Positions 1 to 15,100 of a stretch of DNA of 64,000 nucleotides are shown piece after piece. The stretch is from Euglena gracilis. Lineage: Eukaryota. The stretch's first letter is position 1; the number at the start of each line of letters is the position of its first letter. Under the pieces are notes generated by a model. That model saw only the letters and a program-made list of their open reading frames with translations. It made no database searches and was not told where the DNA came from. The translations under genes were made by a program, and so were the position numbers. The DNA lies in the NCBI GenBank assembly GCA_039621445.1, contig CP154954.1, positions 11,712,716-11,776,715 on the forward strand, in the 5' to 3' direction.

Positions 1-3000
1 GCGCACCATCGTGTCCTCGAATGCCACAATGACGGCCGCGTTGAGGAGCAGGTTGAAGGAGATGATGGTCACAGGAGGGCGAGACCACCAACACACCAAA
101 GCTCCATTTGCCTTCGTCTTTCCCACCATCAGAATACTCCACAACGTTGCATTGCCGGGATGGAAGACAGCGTTGCTAATGGCAGCCCCCTCCGGCTGGT
201 TGACCAATTTGAGGTTTTGCGGGCAACACTGGGCTACATGATGGAATTGAGGGGAAAAGCAAAAATCCAACTTTTGAAGGCTAAACGAGCACGAAGGCAA
301 TCAAACGGAGTTGCAGTGTTTGGTGGTGGATGGTTTTTTCTCTTTGAAGATTCATTGGATCGGCACCCAACCGCACACCCCTGGGGGTGGAGGGACTCAA
401 TATTGGTGGTGGGGGTCATTTTGGACCCAAATGATACGACACACAACAAAACTTTGGCACTTCGTTGCGAAGGTGGGAGGGGAGCCCAAAAATGTCTGGA
501 AATACTCACATCCCCGAATGGGGATTGGTCGGTATGCTTGGAAAGAGCCCGAGAGCCTGCGTTGAACCACCCTCGGGGCCTCCCCTGGCACAATGCCCAG
601 GTCCAGAGCTTTGCTGCGGAACGTCACCAAGTTCAGGGACCGGTAGAGCAGGTTGAAGCAGGCGGTGAGGTGGCCCCATGCCGCTGTTTGCCCAATGGGG
701 AGATGGTGCTTGGACAAGGGGTCCGGATGACTTTTAAAATTTGCGTGCAAATTCTGGATTTGAGTGCTAATCCAGGTATTTGTGTGCAAATCTAGAAATT
801 TGCACGCGCTTATGCACAAATTTACGCGCGAAATATGCACAAACTTACTCGTTTTTGAGGATGCACACACAACAAATATCACAAAGTCGCAAAATTTTCT
901 GCAGCATTTAGCTCGTCGAGATTTAGTGACTTCAAAATTTGTACTTGCTTTATCAGGCAAGAGAAAATGCTTCCTGGAAGATGACCTTAAAAAGATGGGT
1001 GCCTAGACAAGGTTGGTGATTAATCAGAAAGGGGGATGTTGCAGGTGATTCAAAAAATACACATTTCTCCTATTTTAGCTTCCACTTTTGCACTTCCAGG
1101 CAACCCGGACGGGAGTTGTGGGCACCTCCCTGACAACCCAAGCAGCGCCATGGGTATGCGACCCCATTGTAGTCGATGCGGCTCTCGGGGGGGTTTGGCC
1201 ACTCCGTGGAGAGGAACACGAGGGCGGGCATTCGCAGAAGGGGGGAGGGGGGTCACTTTCCACTCTGAAAAAACCAGTCAGTCACTTTTTCCGAAAAACC
1301 CAGTCAGTCACTTTACCCCCCCCCCCCGGGGGGGATCGGCCACTCTTCAGGAGGTAATGAAATTTTCCCAAAAAATGTCAAAAAATCCAAAAAAAATTTC
1401 CGGCGCCTTCGGCGCCAGGCCAGCCACTTTTCCATTTTCGGGCCTACCCCACCCCGGGGGGGGGGGGGGTTCTTGGCCAGAAAACCAGTCAGTCACCCCC
1501 CCGGGGGTGGGGTAGGACAGGTGATAAGCAATGGTATGGGGAGGACACACACAAAGACGGCAGAGCAGCCCCAAATGCACACCCACCAGGAAAATGCCAC
1601 CTGACAGGCGGGCCAGAACCGCAGGCCTTGCAGTTTCTCTTGCATGGCCCCCACAGGGCAGTCCAAAAGATTATCACCCCTGGCAGCTACGCGTTGTCAG
1701 GGAAAGTGGTCTCTGACAAATTCCAAGCACAGGAGTAAAGGAGCTTATGAGCTTGGGGGGGGGGGGGTAGATTGCCGTGCTGGATTCCCCCTCCTTGTTT
1801 GGCTCGGGTTGAATCGACAACGGGGGCCAACTGTGGGGGGACACACATGGTACAGGGTCAAGCCAGGACACCCACCCGTCGTGTCCAACAAACGCTTAGG
1901 TGACAAAATTTGTGGTCTGAACAAGGGGTATACATTGTGAGTGGGTGAGGGTGGAGGTAAGGAGTGGGGAGGATAAACACTGAGACATGAGGTTCTAATT
2001 TGGCACAGAATTCATGCCCAAAGCGAGCTGCCTGGCCAGGTGCGTCCTCTGGCAGTCAAAAGCAGGGGCTGAGAGGCAATCCCGACGAATGGAGGCCTCC
2101 AAAGCCTGTCCATCAGCCCACTGAGGCCCTGGTCCCAACGCTTGTAGGTAGTACTTTGCCGCGGCCACCATATGCTCAAAGCAGATCAGCATTCAGGGGC
2201 GAGTCACCCATCTGGCCCACTGCCAACCCATTCGTGTCGGCACGCATAGCATGTGACGAGGGTTGACGCATGGCATACCTGTTCTCTATTGACGCTGTTT
2301 AGCTCTGGGGCTGTTGTGGGATATGTTGAAGTATGTTAAGGTATGTTGAAATATGTTGAAATATGTTGATATATGTTGTGGGATATGTTGTGGAAGTGGG
2401 ATATGCTGTGAGGGGAAACATGTGGTGAGGGGGAAAACAAAATCGAAATTCGGGGTGTCGCCCGTCTCCAGTCCGGTAAACCGCTTGGCCGACACCGATT
2501 TGCCCTGCAGGTGGTCGAGACAACTCACCGTGCAGTGTCCAAAAATAAGTTCCCAAAACAAAAAGGGCGAGGGGTTGGCGGGCATTCATCGGCTCCCACC
2601 GTCCCCTGGGCTGGACGTCCTCCCGGGACTTCGGGATCCAGAACTCCCGCAGGAAATCTCCGCTGCGGATCTTGATGGCCACGTACCGGTCCGGCAGGTG
2701 TTGGGGGCAGGGCCGCTCTCTCGCTCTTGCGTCCATTTGTGGTGCAGCGCCTACCCCGACCCGGTGCGGCTTCCTCCGCACCTTCAACAGCTGCAGATGT
2801 GGAGTTTGAATCGACGGGCACCCACTTTTGAGAATACAACTTGTGCAGATTAGAAAAATAAATCAAAAAAGGGAAAGGGAACAACTGGTAGAAATGAATC
2901 CCATGCGACACTTCCACAGATAATAATAAAAAAACTGGAGGAAAAGGACTTTCTTTTCGGAAGATGCAAACAGACGTGGTGTGTGAGCTGAAAAAACGCT

Positions 3001-3891
3001 TTGGCAACCTGATCAGAACCAGAACCATTTCGTGAACATCTGAAGTGAAAAACAAATACACTAAAAAGAAATAAATACAAATACAATACAATACAATACA
3101 ATACAAATGCATCGTTAATAAATGTACGATATATGAGTTAAACAGGGCAGCCTTTCTTTCTTGATATTGCCCTGGGGTGGGATACCTACACACAGAGGGC
3201 GGGGGGGGGGGAGGGCTGATCAGGCAGAGAAGGGCACTGGGTCTTGTGCCCAGGCGACGGCCGTGGCGTTCCATTTGCGGTTCCAGCGGAAGCGGCATTT
3301 GCCGCCCCAGAGGGAGTCGTCCCACACATGGCCCCCGGAGCCCTCCCGCGCAACTTTCCGAGAGATGCCAATGCTTTGTAATACAGGGGGGGAATTGGTG
3401 CCAAAAAAATTGGAGGCGAGAAAATTGGAGACGGAAAAATTTGTTGGTCTCGGCCAAAATGGTCCGGAAATATTTGGCAGGATTTTATTTTTGGCAGCCA
3501 ATCCCCCCCCCCCCTGTGGCAGTGAACGTTCAGAGCGTTAAATCCCATGAGAGTATTGTGTGCTTCGGGAAAGAGCTGTGCTGACTCTCGACACCTGCAG
3601 GTTTGTTTGACAAACCCCGGCACTGTGACTAAAAAAAAAGGTCAGACAAGGAGGGAAAACCCAGACCTCGGAAAAGCAAACAAATGCATTGGGCGAACCA
3701 AAGGGCGGTGGGAGGGCCCCGCGTGGGAACCGAAGGAGTGCTTCCGCCAGTTCAGGAACGCCACTGAGGGCACAGGCGGAGTAGGCCGGCCCTGGGACTC
3801 CGGAATGGGCGTCCCCTGCCCGGGGGTGGAGGCCGCCTCCGGCAGAGCAGGGAAGGACGCGACATGAGAGAGGCAGAGCTGCCAGGAAGGG

Positions 3892-3931
<40 letters not shown>

Positions 3932-6900
3932 CACACACACGCAGACACTGATACACAACACAAACACACACTCTCATCTACGTGTCTATCTGCTCAGGAC
4001 AAACACACACTCTCGCTAATTCACAATCGTCATACACAGATGGGTGCATACACATTGAGAGATGCAATACCACAGCGGACAGTTTTGTGGCATGGGAATC
4101 TAACCATGGGCCATTTTTTTTTGGCGGGCAACCTGTGCAGCACTTTTGAGGGACGCGGGGAACAGAAACACTGTTATGGTGTGTGACAGATCATCGCATG
4201 ATGGACACGGAACGGGCATATTACTCATACACCCACGTCATGCTTTTTAACACGTGCAGGACAAACCACAACATCCTCGCAAGCCCAGTGGAGGATGGAG
4301 CAAGCCCAGCCGGGGGCAGGGCGAACCACCGGTCGACAACCTCCTGGGACAGGTTGGCTGCTGGAAAGTCGGCGGGCAAGCACAGGGCTGGATGGGAAGG
4401 CGTGGTGGGCGGGGCGGGGGGGGGGGGGGCTCGACCAGAGATGTTTAGGGCAGGGGGGTCCCCACCCATCCACCCTGACTCCCGGGGAGGGGGAGGCAAG
4501 CTTTTCTTCGAGATCCCGGAGGGGGAGGTCCCCCCACCTACGAGGCCCGGTGCAGGGGATCCCCCCACCAGGAGGTTCCCCTTGCCTTTGTGCTTTGCAG
4601 CAAAAGGGGAAAAGGGAAGCAAATTTTATTGTTACTCCCCCCCTCGGGATTTTCGGGAGAAAGGGATAAGCGGAAAAGCGAGGGCGGGACGTACACTCTC
4701 TCCCAAAAGTATGTCCACCACCTCTGGACACTTAGTCCACATTTCACAACTTTTTACCACCCCGGAGGCCTGTAACATTGCCACCCCAGAGGGTCCGGCC
4801 CCGGACCCATCCACTTACGCTTCCCCTGGGGGGTGTTCCAAGTTAAAAGGAAGCCTGGGGGGAGGGTCGTGGGACCCAATCTTGGGAGTTAATTTCGTCA
4901 AGGTCAAGGTCAAGGTCAAGGGGGTCCAGCAACCACCCTCCTCCCCCTCCCCCTCCCCCTCCCCCTTCCCCTCACCCCCCCCTCTGGGGTGTCGCACACT
5001 TCAAAATATCCCCGGATCAACTTCCTCTTCCACACCAACAGGGTGGTCTGGATTCCCGGCCAGCCCTGCGCATACACTGCAGCTGTGTGGCCTGGATGCG
5101 GGCGCCGTACGCCGGGAACCACTCTGGCTTGTTGCCCCGGCACTGGTTCTGGTCAGGGGCAGGCCGCACGTCGGAGCCCCGGTCGCGCAGTCCAGCCAAA
5201 TGAGTGTGCACCTTTCCCCGGGCCAACCCCCACCCCGCCCGCCCACACGTGTTTTTCCCGAAACCCAGCCTCCCTGGGTTTGTTTTGGGGGGTCGACCAC
5301 ACCCACCCAAAACCCACCCAAAATCGGCTGAAAATTGTTGGCGGACCAGAAAAGAAAACTTGGGTCCGCCGGGCTGGACTGACCCATTGGGTGACCTATG
5401 GGCGTCCCCAAGCCCGCCCACCCACCCACAAAAGTCCCTTCAAAGGGATCACATTGGTGCTAAGAAAATCTCGGGGCCCAACCTTCCGTGCCACTCTCGC
5501 CCACAGGTGAGTTAAATGAGTCCATGAGTCCAACGAGTCCAACACAGAGGCAAACATGCCCAAAAATGGTCATTCGGCAAGGGTCAAGTAAAAAATCTCA
5601 GTGGCTGAGAGCACGACGTTTGTTTACCTGGAAAAAAAAAACATGGCACCACGTATTAAATCCAGGCAAAAAAATCCAAATGGTAAACGTCAACTTCCTG
5701 GGCAAGCATTGCTTATACTTATCCCCCGAACCGCCGACCTTGGGGAACTGCACTTTAAAGCCATTTTGGAGTCCGAAAATTGTTAATGGCACCTTGCGCT
5801 CAACAAAAAAAAGATGGCAATACTCTCTTCGGGTGGTACCCTGCTGGTGATCCATATCAGCCCCTCCCCGTCAGAAGGACAAAAAGCGACAAAAAAAAAG
5901 ACAACTCAGGACAAATTTATCAGAACTGAATCAATTTTAAGAGAGATGTGGCCTGCGTCCAGTCCAGCATTGCGGCAGCGTCCCATCCACTCTCAGCCCC
6001 AAACGCCAGGTGGTCCCGATGACTGCCGTTCCACCACAATCCCGAATCGTTGCAGGGGGGGGGGGATGCGCTCGCCCGGCCTCAGAAAAAATGCACAAAA
6101 ATGCGCAAAAATGCGCATTTTTGGAAAATTTGAAAAAAAATGCGCAAAAAAAATGCGCAAAAATGCGAAAAAATGTGAATCGCATTCCCCCCCCCTGATC
6201 GTTGCCATGCCCTGGAAGAAACAAAGCAAATGCTCCCTCTCACACAGGGGAAGACGCTGGCAGGGCAGTGGTGATGGTGTCATTGCTGAGGCGGAGGAAG
6301 TCCCGGAAGGAGATGAGGGGCAGATAGCCACGGGTGAAGTCCAAGTCAGACCCTCGCCCCCTGTCTGTCAGAAGCCCCTCTTGAAGTACTTTCCATACGG
6401 CTGTGGTCAAATTTTTGGGGGTCTTGTTCTTCTGGCTGTTGTTTTCCTTGCCCACACCGCCGCGGTTTGAATCACGAATGTGGTATTTGGACTTAATTGC
6501 ATTAACCTGAAAAAACTAATTTGGCTTATTGGTTGAGGATATTTGATCGTTTGTCTAAATTGAGGACCGCATTGGGGATATTTTTTGAGGCAATTTTTGG
6601 GATCTTGAGTTGCGGTTTTGTGATCACCCCAAACAGACTTTTCCATCATGATCGTGCCTGGAATCAAGCACATTTGCATTTGAGCTGGGGGGTGGTATTA
6701 ATGGGCAATTATTTCCAACGTCCCCGACGTTGACGACGAGGTGGGGCCTTGAACTTTAGTATTTTGTTTCTGCATTTTGCCTGGCCGGCGCTTTTGGAGG
6801 AGGGGCTCGATCATAACAGTGCAGGGGGAATTCAGCCCCCCATTCCCCCTGCACGTGATAACCGGTTCGAAAAATGTCGTGGGGGAGAAAACCAAGACAA

Positions 6901-9149
6901 AAAAAACGCGTTTCTGGACTGTTTATTTCTTCAAAAAAAAATCCATCCAGAAATGCGTGAAAGCACTTCGAATTCTTCTTGGGTTGGGAAAGTCTCACAC
7001 CCCTCTCTCCCAGCCCATGGGTTGGACTTCCCCGCCACTTTGGTCAATTTTTCCCTTTTAGACTGCATCCACCTGAACTCAGTGCCCATAAACAACCTGG
7101 CCCAGGCCACCTCTCTTTGCCTGGCATGTTGAAATACTTGAATGAATCATCTGTAAGGTTTTTTTAAAAAAAACATTTTCTCCACCTGCATTATACCATC
7201 GAAAATTTCAATGCATCATTCAGATGCCTTTTTTGCGTACAGGACGGAGGGAGAGGCCGTAATACTCCTCCATCTGCAGGAGGTATTTGGCCCCAGTGAA
7301 GCCGTCCATGGCATGGGGCTTGGCAGTCCAGGGCGGGAAAAAGAGAGATCAAGCGCACATAGGGCACCACCACCTACCTTGGTGCCTAAACATGAAAAGT
7401 TTTGGGACGAATGCAAATTCAGGGTTCGGACATCACTTAGATTGAAACGCACGGTGCTGCACACATAAAACGAAAGGTTATGAAAGCGTCAGGAATGCCA
7501 ATAAAATATAACAAAAGGCAAATATCACAAACATCTACATGCTGTAATGATAAAAGCAAAATTGGCAGAGAACACGCAGAAATGTAGACTTCAGTAAAAC
7601 TTTCAAATTTCAGAATACGTACACCTCAGAAAGGCCGATCGCAATGGGGGGAAAGCTTGACGAAAGGGTCGCCGAAAGGCCAATGCGGGTGGACATCCAC
7701 TGGGTCCAGCCGGGGATGCCCTGGATGTTGCTCATCCGGACGTGCGGTACCACCAGCACCAGGCCGAACCGCTCCACGATGGTCCCGGGCACCGCGCCGC
7801 CTGTACCAGACGTGTCAGTCACGCCTGGTCACGCGTGGTCACACGTGGTCACATGCATGGGGGGAGGTGTTGTGGTTACAGTACCTGGGTTTCGACGTGG
7901 AGAGCAGGGACCTGCGACTGCAGATGTTGAGGTGTTCAAATTGCTCATGGCGCACTGTACATTTTTGTGGAATAGAAAAGATGCGGAAATACTGTGAGAA
8001 ACCTATGTATCATGTGATTTATGCATTATATCATTCTTATATTATGTTAAAAATATAAATGTAACGTTGAAACGTTAAAAAAAAAATCAATCATGCCAAA
8101 ATGCAAAAAAAAAAAATGCAAAAACAAAAAAACCAAAAAGAGTTAAATAATCAATCAAATTGAATAACGTTGGTTTTCCCAGTCCAAATTGTGCTGGAAC
8201 AAAATGGCAGCTCGGTGGGTGCAGCATTTTCCACTGTCTTGGTGCCCGTCTGCTGTCGCTCCCATGAGTCCACCAGCAGCACAAAGCGAGGGTTGGGAGG
8301 CAGTGGCTTGCGAGGTGAGACAGCGACCCCCTCCCCACGGCAAACGATGCAAACCTCCATCTGTGGACACCACAAAGACAGCACGCACATGAACAAACTT
8401 TTAGAGGTCCGAATGCATTGTGGTTTGTGTGTGTGTGTTTGTGTGTGTGCATTGTGTGTGCATGGAACCTCACGTGTGCGTGTCTGTGTGTATGTGAGTG
8501 TATTGTGTCTGTCAGACACAATACACTCACATACACACAGACACGCACACGTGAGGTTCCTCACATGTGCGTGTCTGTGTGTATGTGAGTGTATTGTGTC
8601 TGACAGGGAATTTCTTAAGCACCCCGGGGGGGGGGGGGTCCAGCCTCCGGCTGGCAAAAAGGCTGCTGGCTGGATTTGAGCTGCTGGCTGGACCCCCCCC
8701 CGGGGGGTGGGGGGGGAGGGGGGGGTCCGGGGCTGGGGCTGGCTGGGCTGGGCTGGGTCGAGGAAAAACAAAATTTTCTAACACATTTTGGCCATTTTTG
8801 ACATTTTGATGGGTGGAGCTAGATCAAGGCTGGGGGGCTGTGATGGAGGGGCTGTGATGAGGGGGGAAAATGCAGGGATAAGTGAGCTGGACAGCCCAGT
8901 TGGCTGGCCGGCCTGCGGCCGGCTGGCCCGGCCTCCGGCCGGGCTGGACCCGACTTTATTTCACTCGACCCCGGGGGGGGGGGGGCTCCCAGCCCGAATT
9001 TGGGCTGCTGGCTGGATTTGAGCTGCTGGCTGGCTGGACCCCCCCCCGGGGGGTAGGGTACCCTCCGGCTTAAGAAATTCCCTGGTGTCTGTGAGTATTT
9101 GTGTGATTGTGTGCATGTGCACGTATTGTGTGTGCGTGAATGCATGTCT

Positions 9150-9182
<33 letters not shown>

Positions 9183-12100
9183 TGCGTGTGCGTGAATGTG
9201 CGCCAACGTGTCTGTCTGTCTGTCTGTCCGTCCGTCTCTGTGTTTGTTTGTGTGGGTGGGTGGGTGGGTGTGGACGGATGTACCAGGCTGGCAAAAACTG
9301 CTGGTGCCATAGGATGTGCATCAAAAAAGGAAAAATTTCCTTCCTCTGCAATCTGCAGCGGAAATCGCTGGGCAGGATCGGTCGGTCCCAGATGCCGACA
9401 CAGGGCAGGTTTTGCAGGTAGACGGAGGGGTAGAGCCGCGCACTCAGCACGGTTCTGTTGCGAACGGTCTGGTGTGTCTGCATATGCCATACATTGCACA
9501 GGAGGCAAAGTGGGGAAAAATGCAATCAAACCCAGCCCACGTTCTCTGTCCACCCGGACAATTGCCCCATTTGGGTCGATCTTCTGAATTTTGTGCACGA
9601 ATGATTTTTTCCAGGAAATTTGGGAGCCACAGGGTGTTCAGAAATAGTCCTGGGATTATTCCACACTGTAGATACTTTACGAGTTCCTGTTAACGTTTGG
9701 GGCCTGAGAAAAAGGTTGCGTGGTGGAGGAGGTTTACGGCTTTCCGTAAACATGCTTCAAAACTTTACGGAAAACCGTGAACATGAGCTTGTCCATGGGT
9801 TCCCGTAAATAAATGCTGTCCCCGTGAATGGGAATGGGAATGTCCCTCACCCCCCAGAGTTGGGGAGGTGGCCCTTTTGACTCAGCCCTACATACATATC
9901 CGATGGAACGCCTGAATATGTTTACTGGTTGCCGGTTTTGGCGTTGGCAGTGCATCCCTTCCTGGTACGGTTTCTGTATTCTGTGGAGCAATGCCAAACA
10001 GGCCATGCATTTTGATCATGTGGGTATGGTAATGGTGCACAGCTGTGGCGGCGTTCCCCAAACGGTGTTCCCGCTGTTTTTAGAATTTAAAAAATTTATA
10101 TCCATTGTGCAGTTGCGCAACATGCCTCTTAAACTTTTTCATTCCACATCAATGTGCCAATTGCATTGCGCAGGTGTGCAACGGTTGCCAACTTTGACTT
10201 AGGCGGCCGGATTCGCACTTAAGCTTTTTTCCTTTGGATGCGCGCAATTGCGCAAATGTACCTTTTTTTTTGTAACCCCTGGGACCCTGTACCCTGACAC
10301 CCAGAACACGATTTAAGAACCGTTACACCCCTCTATTGGAGGGGATTAACTCCCAGAAGTTTGGTGTGAATGCTGCTTACCGGGTGACGTGAATAGGGCT
10401 GGGGGTGAGACTGGTGCTGTTGTACATCAAACGGGAGAGAGGTACACACCAGAGAGGCAGCACGTCAGCACCGTTTCCAAGTGATGACACTTGGAAACGG
10501 TGCTGACGTGCTGCCTGAACTGGCTTGGATACTACCGCCACCGGTAAGAACACACTGAGTCTCATTAGATCACACCACCACAGACACACAGACTACGTGA
10601 GGCAGACGTCACGCAATCGACGTTTGTGCGCGCATTTGCGCAAATGCGCGTACAAACATTTTATACACCGCTTCAAAATGATGTGTTTGTAGGAGCATTA
10701 GAGCACACAAACAAAGTTGTGTTTACTTGCGCAGATGCGCGCATCAACACACATGAGTTGTGCGATACCATCTCCTCCTCCGTGACAGCTGGCGAATGCA
10801 ACTCCTCACGCCAACCAATGGTTTGCACCACGATTACATGGTGATGAAATTTGTGGTGAGAGGTGGTGTGGAGTGTTCACTGGAACACGGCATGTGACTT
10901 GCCAAAAATTGCCTGCTTTACGGGTGTACATTTGCACTGCTGTTCCCCGGCCCACACGACCTGTTGTTTTGGCGTCATCCGTTTGGCAGTTAAACATCAT
11001 GAATTGATGACGTGCAAACGACCTGTGACTGTTGGACACCTTTTCTGCAACAGGACTGCGTTACAAGAAGACAAAATTTGGCACCTGAAATACCCGGGAC
11101 GTGTCGGGCCGGAGTCCGTTTTACGGTTTTCTTTGCCATTTTTCCCTTGAAAAACGTAAAAAAACACCGGTTTTTTTGTGCATAATTTGGGGGGAGTGGG
11201 TCCCACCGCTTTGATGCTTTAACAAACAGCCCAAAAACACCACACCAAGGCGCCGCAAGCAATGCAGTCCGGCAAACACCCAGGACGCACACCGCCGGCA
11301 GCTCGGACACACCCGGGGACACAGCCGAAAGAAGCAACAAGGGCAGTAAAGGTCCCGTTCCTAAGGTTTTTTTGCGTTTTTTTTTCCCTTTGGGCCGGCA
11401 AGGTCCCGGGGGTTTCGACGTACAAAGTCCATTTTGGTACCCCTCAAAAACACCATTTTTTGCCAAAGTCCCAGGGGTCTCCCAGCCAAAAACAGAATTT
11501 TGCTCATTTTTTGCACTCTCTTGTTCACGTGTTTTCAAACCCCCCTGACCTTCACAGCCGAATCAAAGCACAATCAAAAAAATCGTAAATGCGCGCAAAT
11601 GCGCAAATAAAACGAAAAAATCTTAAGTGCGAATCCGGCTGCCTAAATTTGAACTTCTTATTTATTTATTAATTAATGACTGATTGAATTAATAAATTAA
11701 CTATTTAATTCATTCATTCATTCATTCATTCATTCATTCATTCATTCATTCATTTGTTCGTTCGTTCGTTCGTTCGTTTGTTCGTTCGTTCATTCATTAA
11801 TTCATTCATGAATTCATTCATTCATTCATTCATTCATTTGTTCGTTCGTTCGTTCGTTTGTTCATTGGTTCATTCATTCATTGGTTCATTCATTCGTTAA
11901 ATAATTAATTAATTAATGAAATAATATCATTGTGGGTGGAGAGAGGGGTCCTGTATCTCAAGGTGAACGGAAGCCTTGTCTGGAACAGGATACCATCCCC
12001 TGGTGCGTTAATGCAACAACCACCATCTTCTTCATATCCAGATGTGTCTTGTCCCATGCATTGTGAGACCAATTCCAGTGCCGGAATTTCATCCACATGA

Positions 12101-15100
12101 TTCGCAGGCTTTTGGGCCACCAATTGAACCTCAAAAATTTTGGGTTTGAAAAAGAACAGGAAACAGATAAACCCAAGAATGAAAGCCGAGAAAGCACCGT
12201 TGGGAACCTCAAAAATGATTTGGAAAAGCTTGTCACACCCCTTTGTTCACCCAGGATTTGAAGCACACAACTTTGGGGAAGAGCGACTGGAACTGCAAAA
12301 TAGAAAAGGTACATCAACAACAGCGGAGAATGGGGGACATGCTGGCACACCTTTTCTGGTGGTTTGCAACCCACCAGACAGCCCCATCACACCAAGCAGA
12401 TGGAGGACACGGTTTGGCCAAAACAGATCTTCTAGTCATTATCCCAAAAAAACCCACTCCCAGCACTGAGTGAAGCATTGCTATGGCTCCACAGCCTACC
12501 GCCCATAATTTGTCTTACTGGAACGGCCCCTTCCTCCCGGTGCCTGAATAATGCAAAATTACCAACCCAGCTTCTGAACACAGCGGTGCTGAAACACACT
12601 CATCATTCTCCTCAATCCACCACCTTTTCCCACAGCAATACACCTGCTATTTGAATGTCCATTGCTTGAACGCGCAACAGTTATCCATTGTGCATGTGCG
12701 CAATGGATAAAGGAAGCCTGATCTTATGGGAACTCTCTCTGGCGTGTTACGACGTGTCGGAGGCCCCTCTCTGCACGGTCGATCTTGGGCTTGGGGAAGA
12801 AATTAATTGCGCAGGTGCACAATGGACATGAAATATATAATGCACTGCGTGTTCGTTCAGATGACACATCAAGTGCACGTTTACACTGCTCATTTAGTCT
12901 GTGCAGGGAACTGCGCACCTGCGCAGTCGATTCCCTCACCAAGCCCAACACTGGCCGTGCCAGAGGTCCCATAAGATCAGCGGCTCTGTTGCGCACATAA
13001 TGGTTGTGCATTGCGCACATTATGCGCAACGGATAACGGTTGCGCATGTGCGCAATGGGCATGAGCTGGAGTTGCTCACCAGACGTCTGGACAAGACACT
13101 GGGCCTGCCCTCAATCCTCCCCCAAACCCTCCACCTTGGTGGCTCCCCACTGCACCACTCCTCACGCTTCAAGCTCCCAAAGATCACAACTCTCTGGCAC
13201 TCCCTTCTTTCAACTTTTTCACAACGAGTTTGTAGAGTCCACCCTTTAGATGACTCAGCAGGGCAACCCTTCAGGCACATTCCACAGAGCCTGAAAGCAA
13301 CAGAAAAATCCAAATTTCACCCAGCATGTGTAACACTGTCTGGGGAACACACCCGGGGCTTAAGAAACGGGGAGACACAATGGTGATTGGCACTGTTTGG
13401 GAAAAGTCACATGTCCCGAAGTTCAAACCCGGGGTTTTGAACTTTATTTAACATGGCGCACAGGCCGAAAAAACACCAAAATGGGCCTGTTCCCTGCGTC
13501 CCAAATTGGCAAATGATGCAGGTCCCACCGTAGAGGGCCCCCACGGGACCGTCAGAACGGTGGGTTTCACCGCCAGGTTTCAAAAGATTGCAACATTGCG
13601 CAAATGCACAATACAAAAATCAAAACCTTGAGTGCGAGTTAGGCCGCCAAATCTTTCCGAGCCAATGTTGTTGATGACCAGTTTTAACCCCCCCCCCCCC
13701 GGTAGATGAATACAGATGTTTTGTCTGACTTGGTACCGTTTAATTTAATAGCTAATAAGAAGATTATTGATGATGTAACCTTACATTTAAAACCCAGTTT
13801 ATATTTGGTCAGGGTTTCAAGATCCTCAATGGTGTTCATATAACTGGGGGTGCATTTGGGCAGGGAAAACGAGCTTCTGTGACCAAAAGCATGTATATTT
13901 TTGCCCTCATTTTGCCCAAAATTCACAATTTTTGGGCAAAACCCCAGCTGACGAACATTTTTTTCTACTAAAACTGCTAAATTGGCCTAAAGTCGCGGCA
14001 AACTGGTAAACTTTTGGTATTCTCCTGTTTCGCACAGCTGGCGCTTGTCTGCACTTTCCCAGAGGATGGGGTGAGATTATATTTGGTCGTCAAATCAAAT
14101 CCCCCCGGGGGGAGTCTGTTTGGGGGAGTTTTGTATTGGGGGGGGGGGTTCATATTTGGGGGGAAATACAGGGGGGATTTTGATGCCAAAAAAAAAGGAG
14201 GCGAGAAAATTGGGGGCGGAAAAACTTGGTGGATTTGGCCAAAAAGGTCTGGAAATATTTGGATTTTTTTGTATAAAAAAAAACGTTTGTAAAAAATTGG
14301 CAGACTGTGTAACATCAAGACGCAAAAGAATTTAAACTTCGCATGACTCCAGTCTCACCACACAATTCAAACCCAAATTTGAAGCTCATCAGCAAGTGAT
14401 AAACGGCCTGGTATTCTGTGGTCTGAAAGAAAGTATCAGAACTAACTGACAAGCAAAGGACGGAGCACCTTTGGATGAACTCCGTCGAAAAAAAAGGAGA
14501 ATATTTGACGGGGAAAAAAATCTGAAAACGACAGCAGACAAATTTGGCGGTCTCGGCCAAATTAGCACGGAAATATTTGGCAGGATTTTGTTCCGATTTT
14601 ATCCATGCCACTTTTTTTTGGCAGCCAATGAACAAGCAGTACTTTTTCGCTTTTATTTTTTGCACTAACTGCAGTCCAGCCCCCCCTCCCCTGGGAGGAT
14701 ACCTTGAACCCTAAAGCAGAAGCCAGGTCTGAAAACACCGTCTCCAAATGTACAACGTTCTGGTCAAAGAAACGCTCCAAGTTTCCAAAATCCAACACCG
14801 TGGCTCCATATAAAAAAAAAGAGCACACAGCACAAGAGTTGAGAAATGCGCTGCGAGGGAAATAAAACTCCCTCAGGGGCTTGGTGGGGTTGGACCGCGG
14901 GGGACGGTGGTAGACTTGTCGCGGCTGCCGCACCGTCTCTACCAGTTGGACCCGGCCACAGCCCCGGGCTCTGCACCGGTGCAGGTCACACGGGCTGGGT
15001 TCGACGAGAAGCATGAGGAGAGGATGACGCACTGCGGGATAATTCACACGTCACACGGTGTGGAGATGGATATGCGGGAAAAGAATCAACTTTCAATTTG

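Noticed and set aside
4183-5331. 382-aa plus-strand ORF
   Set aside because: Antisense to gene 1 exons, crosses G/C-run repeats, and has no recognisable domain.
10378-10450. Exon-like block with gtaagc donor as part of gene 1 (also 11270-11340, 12735-12795)
   Set aside because: These lie within MULE-like elements and the phases could not be joined convincingly; left unassigned.
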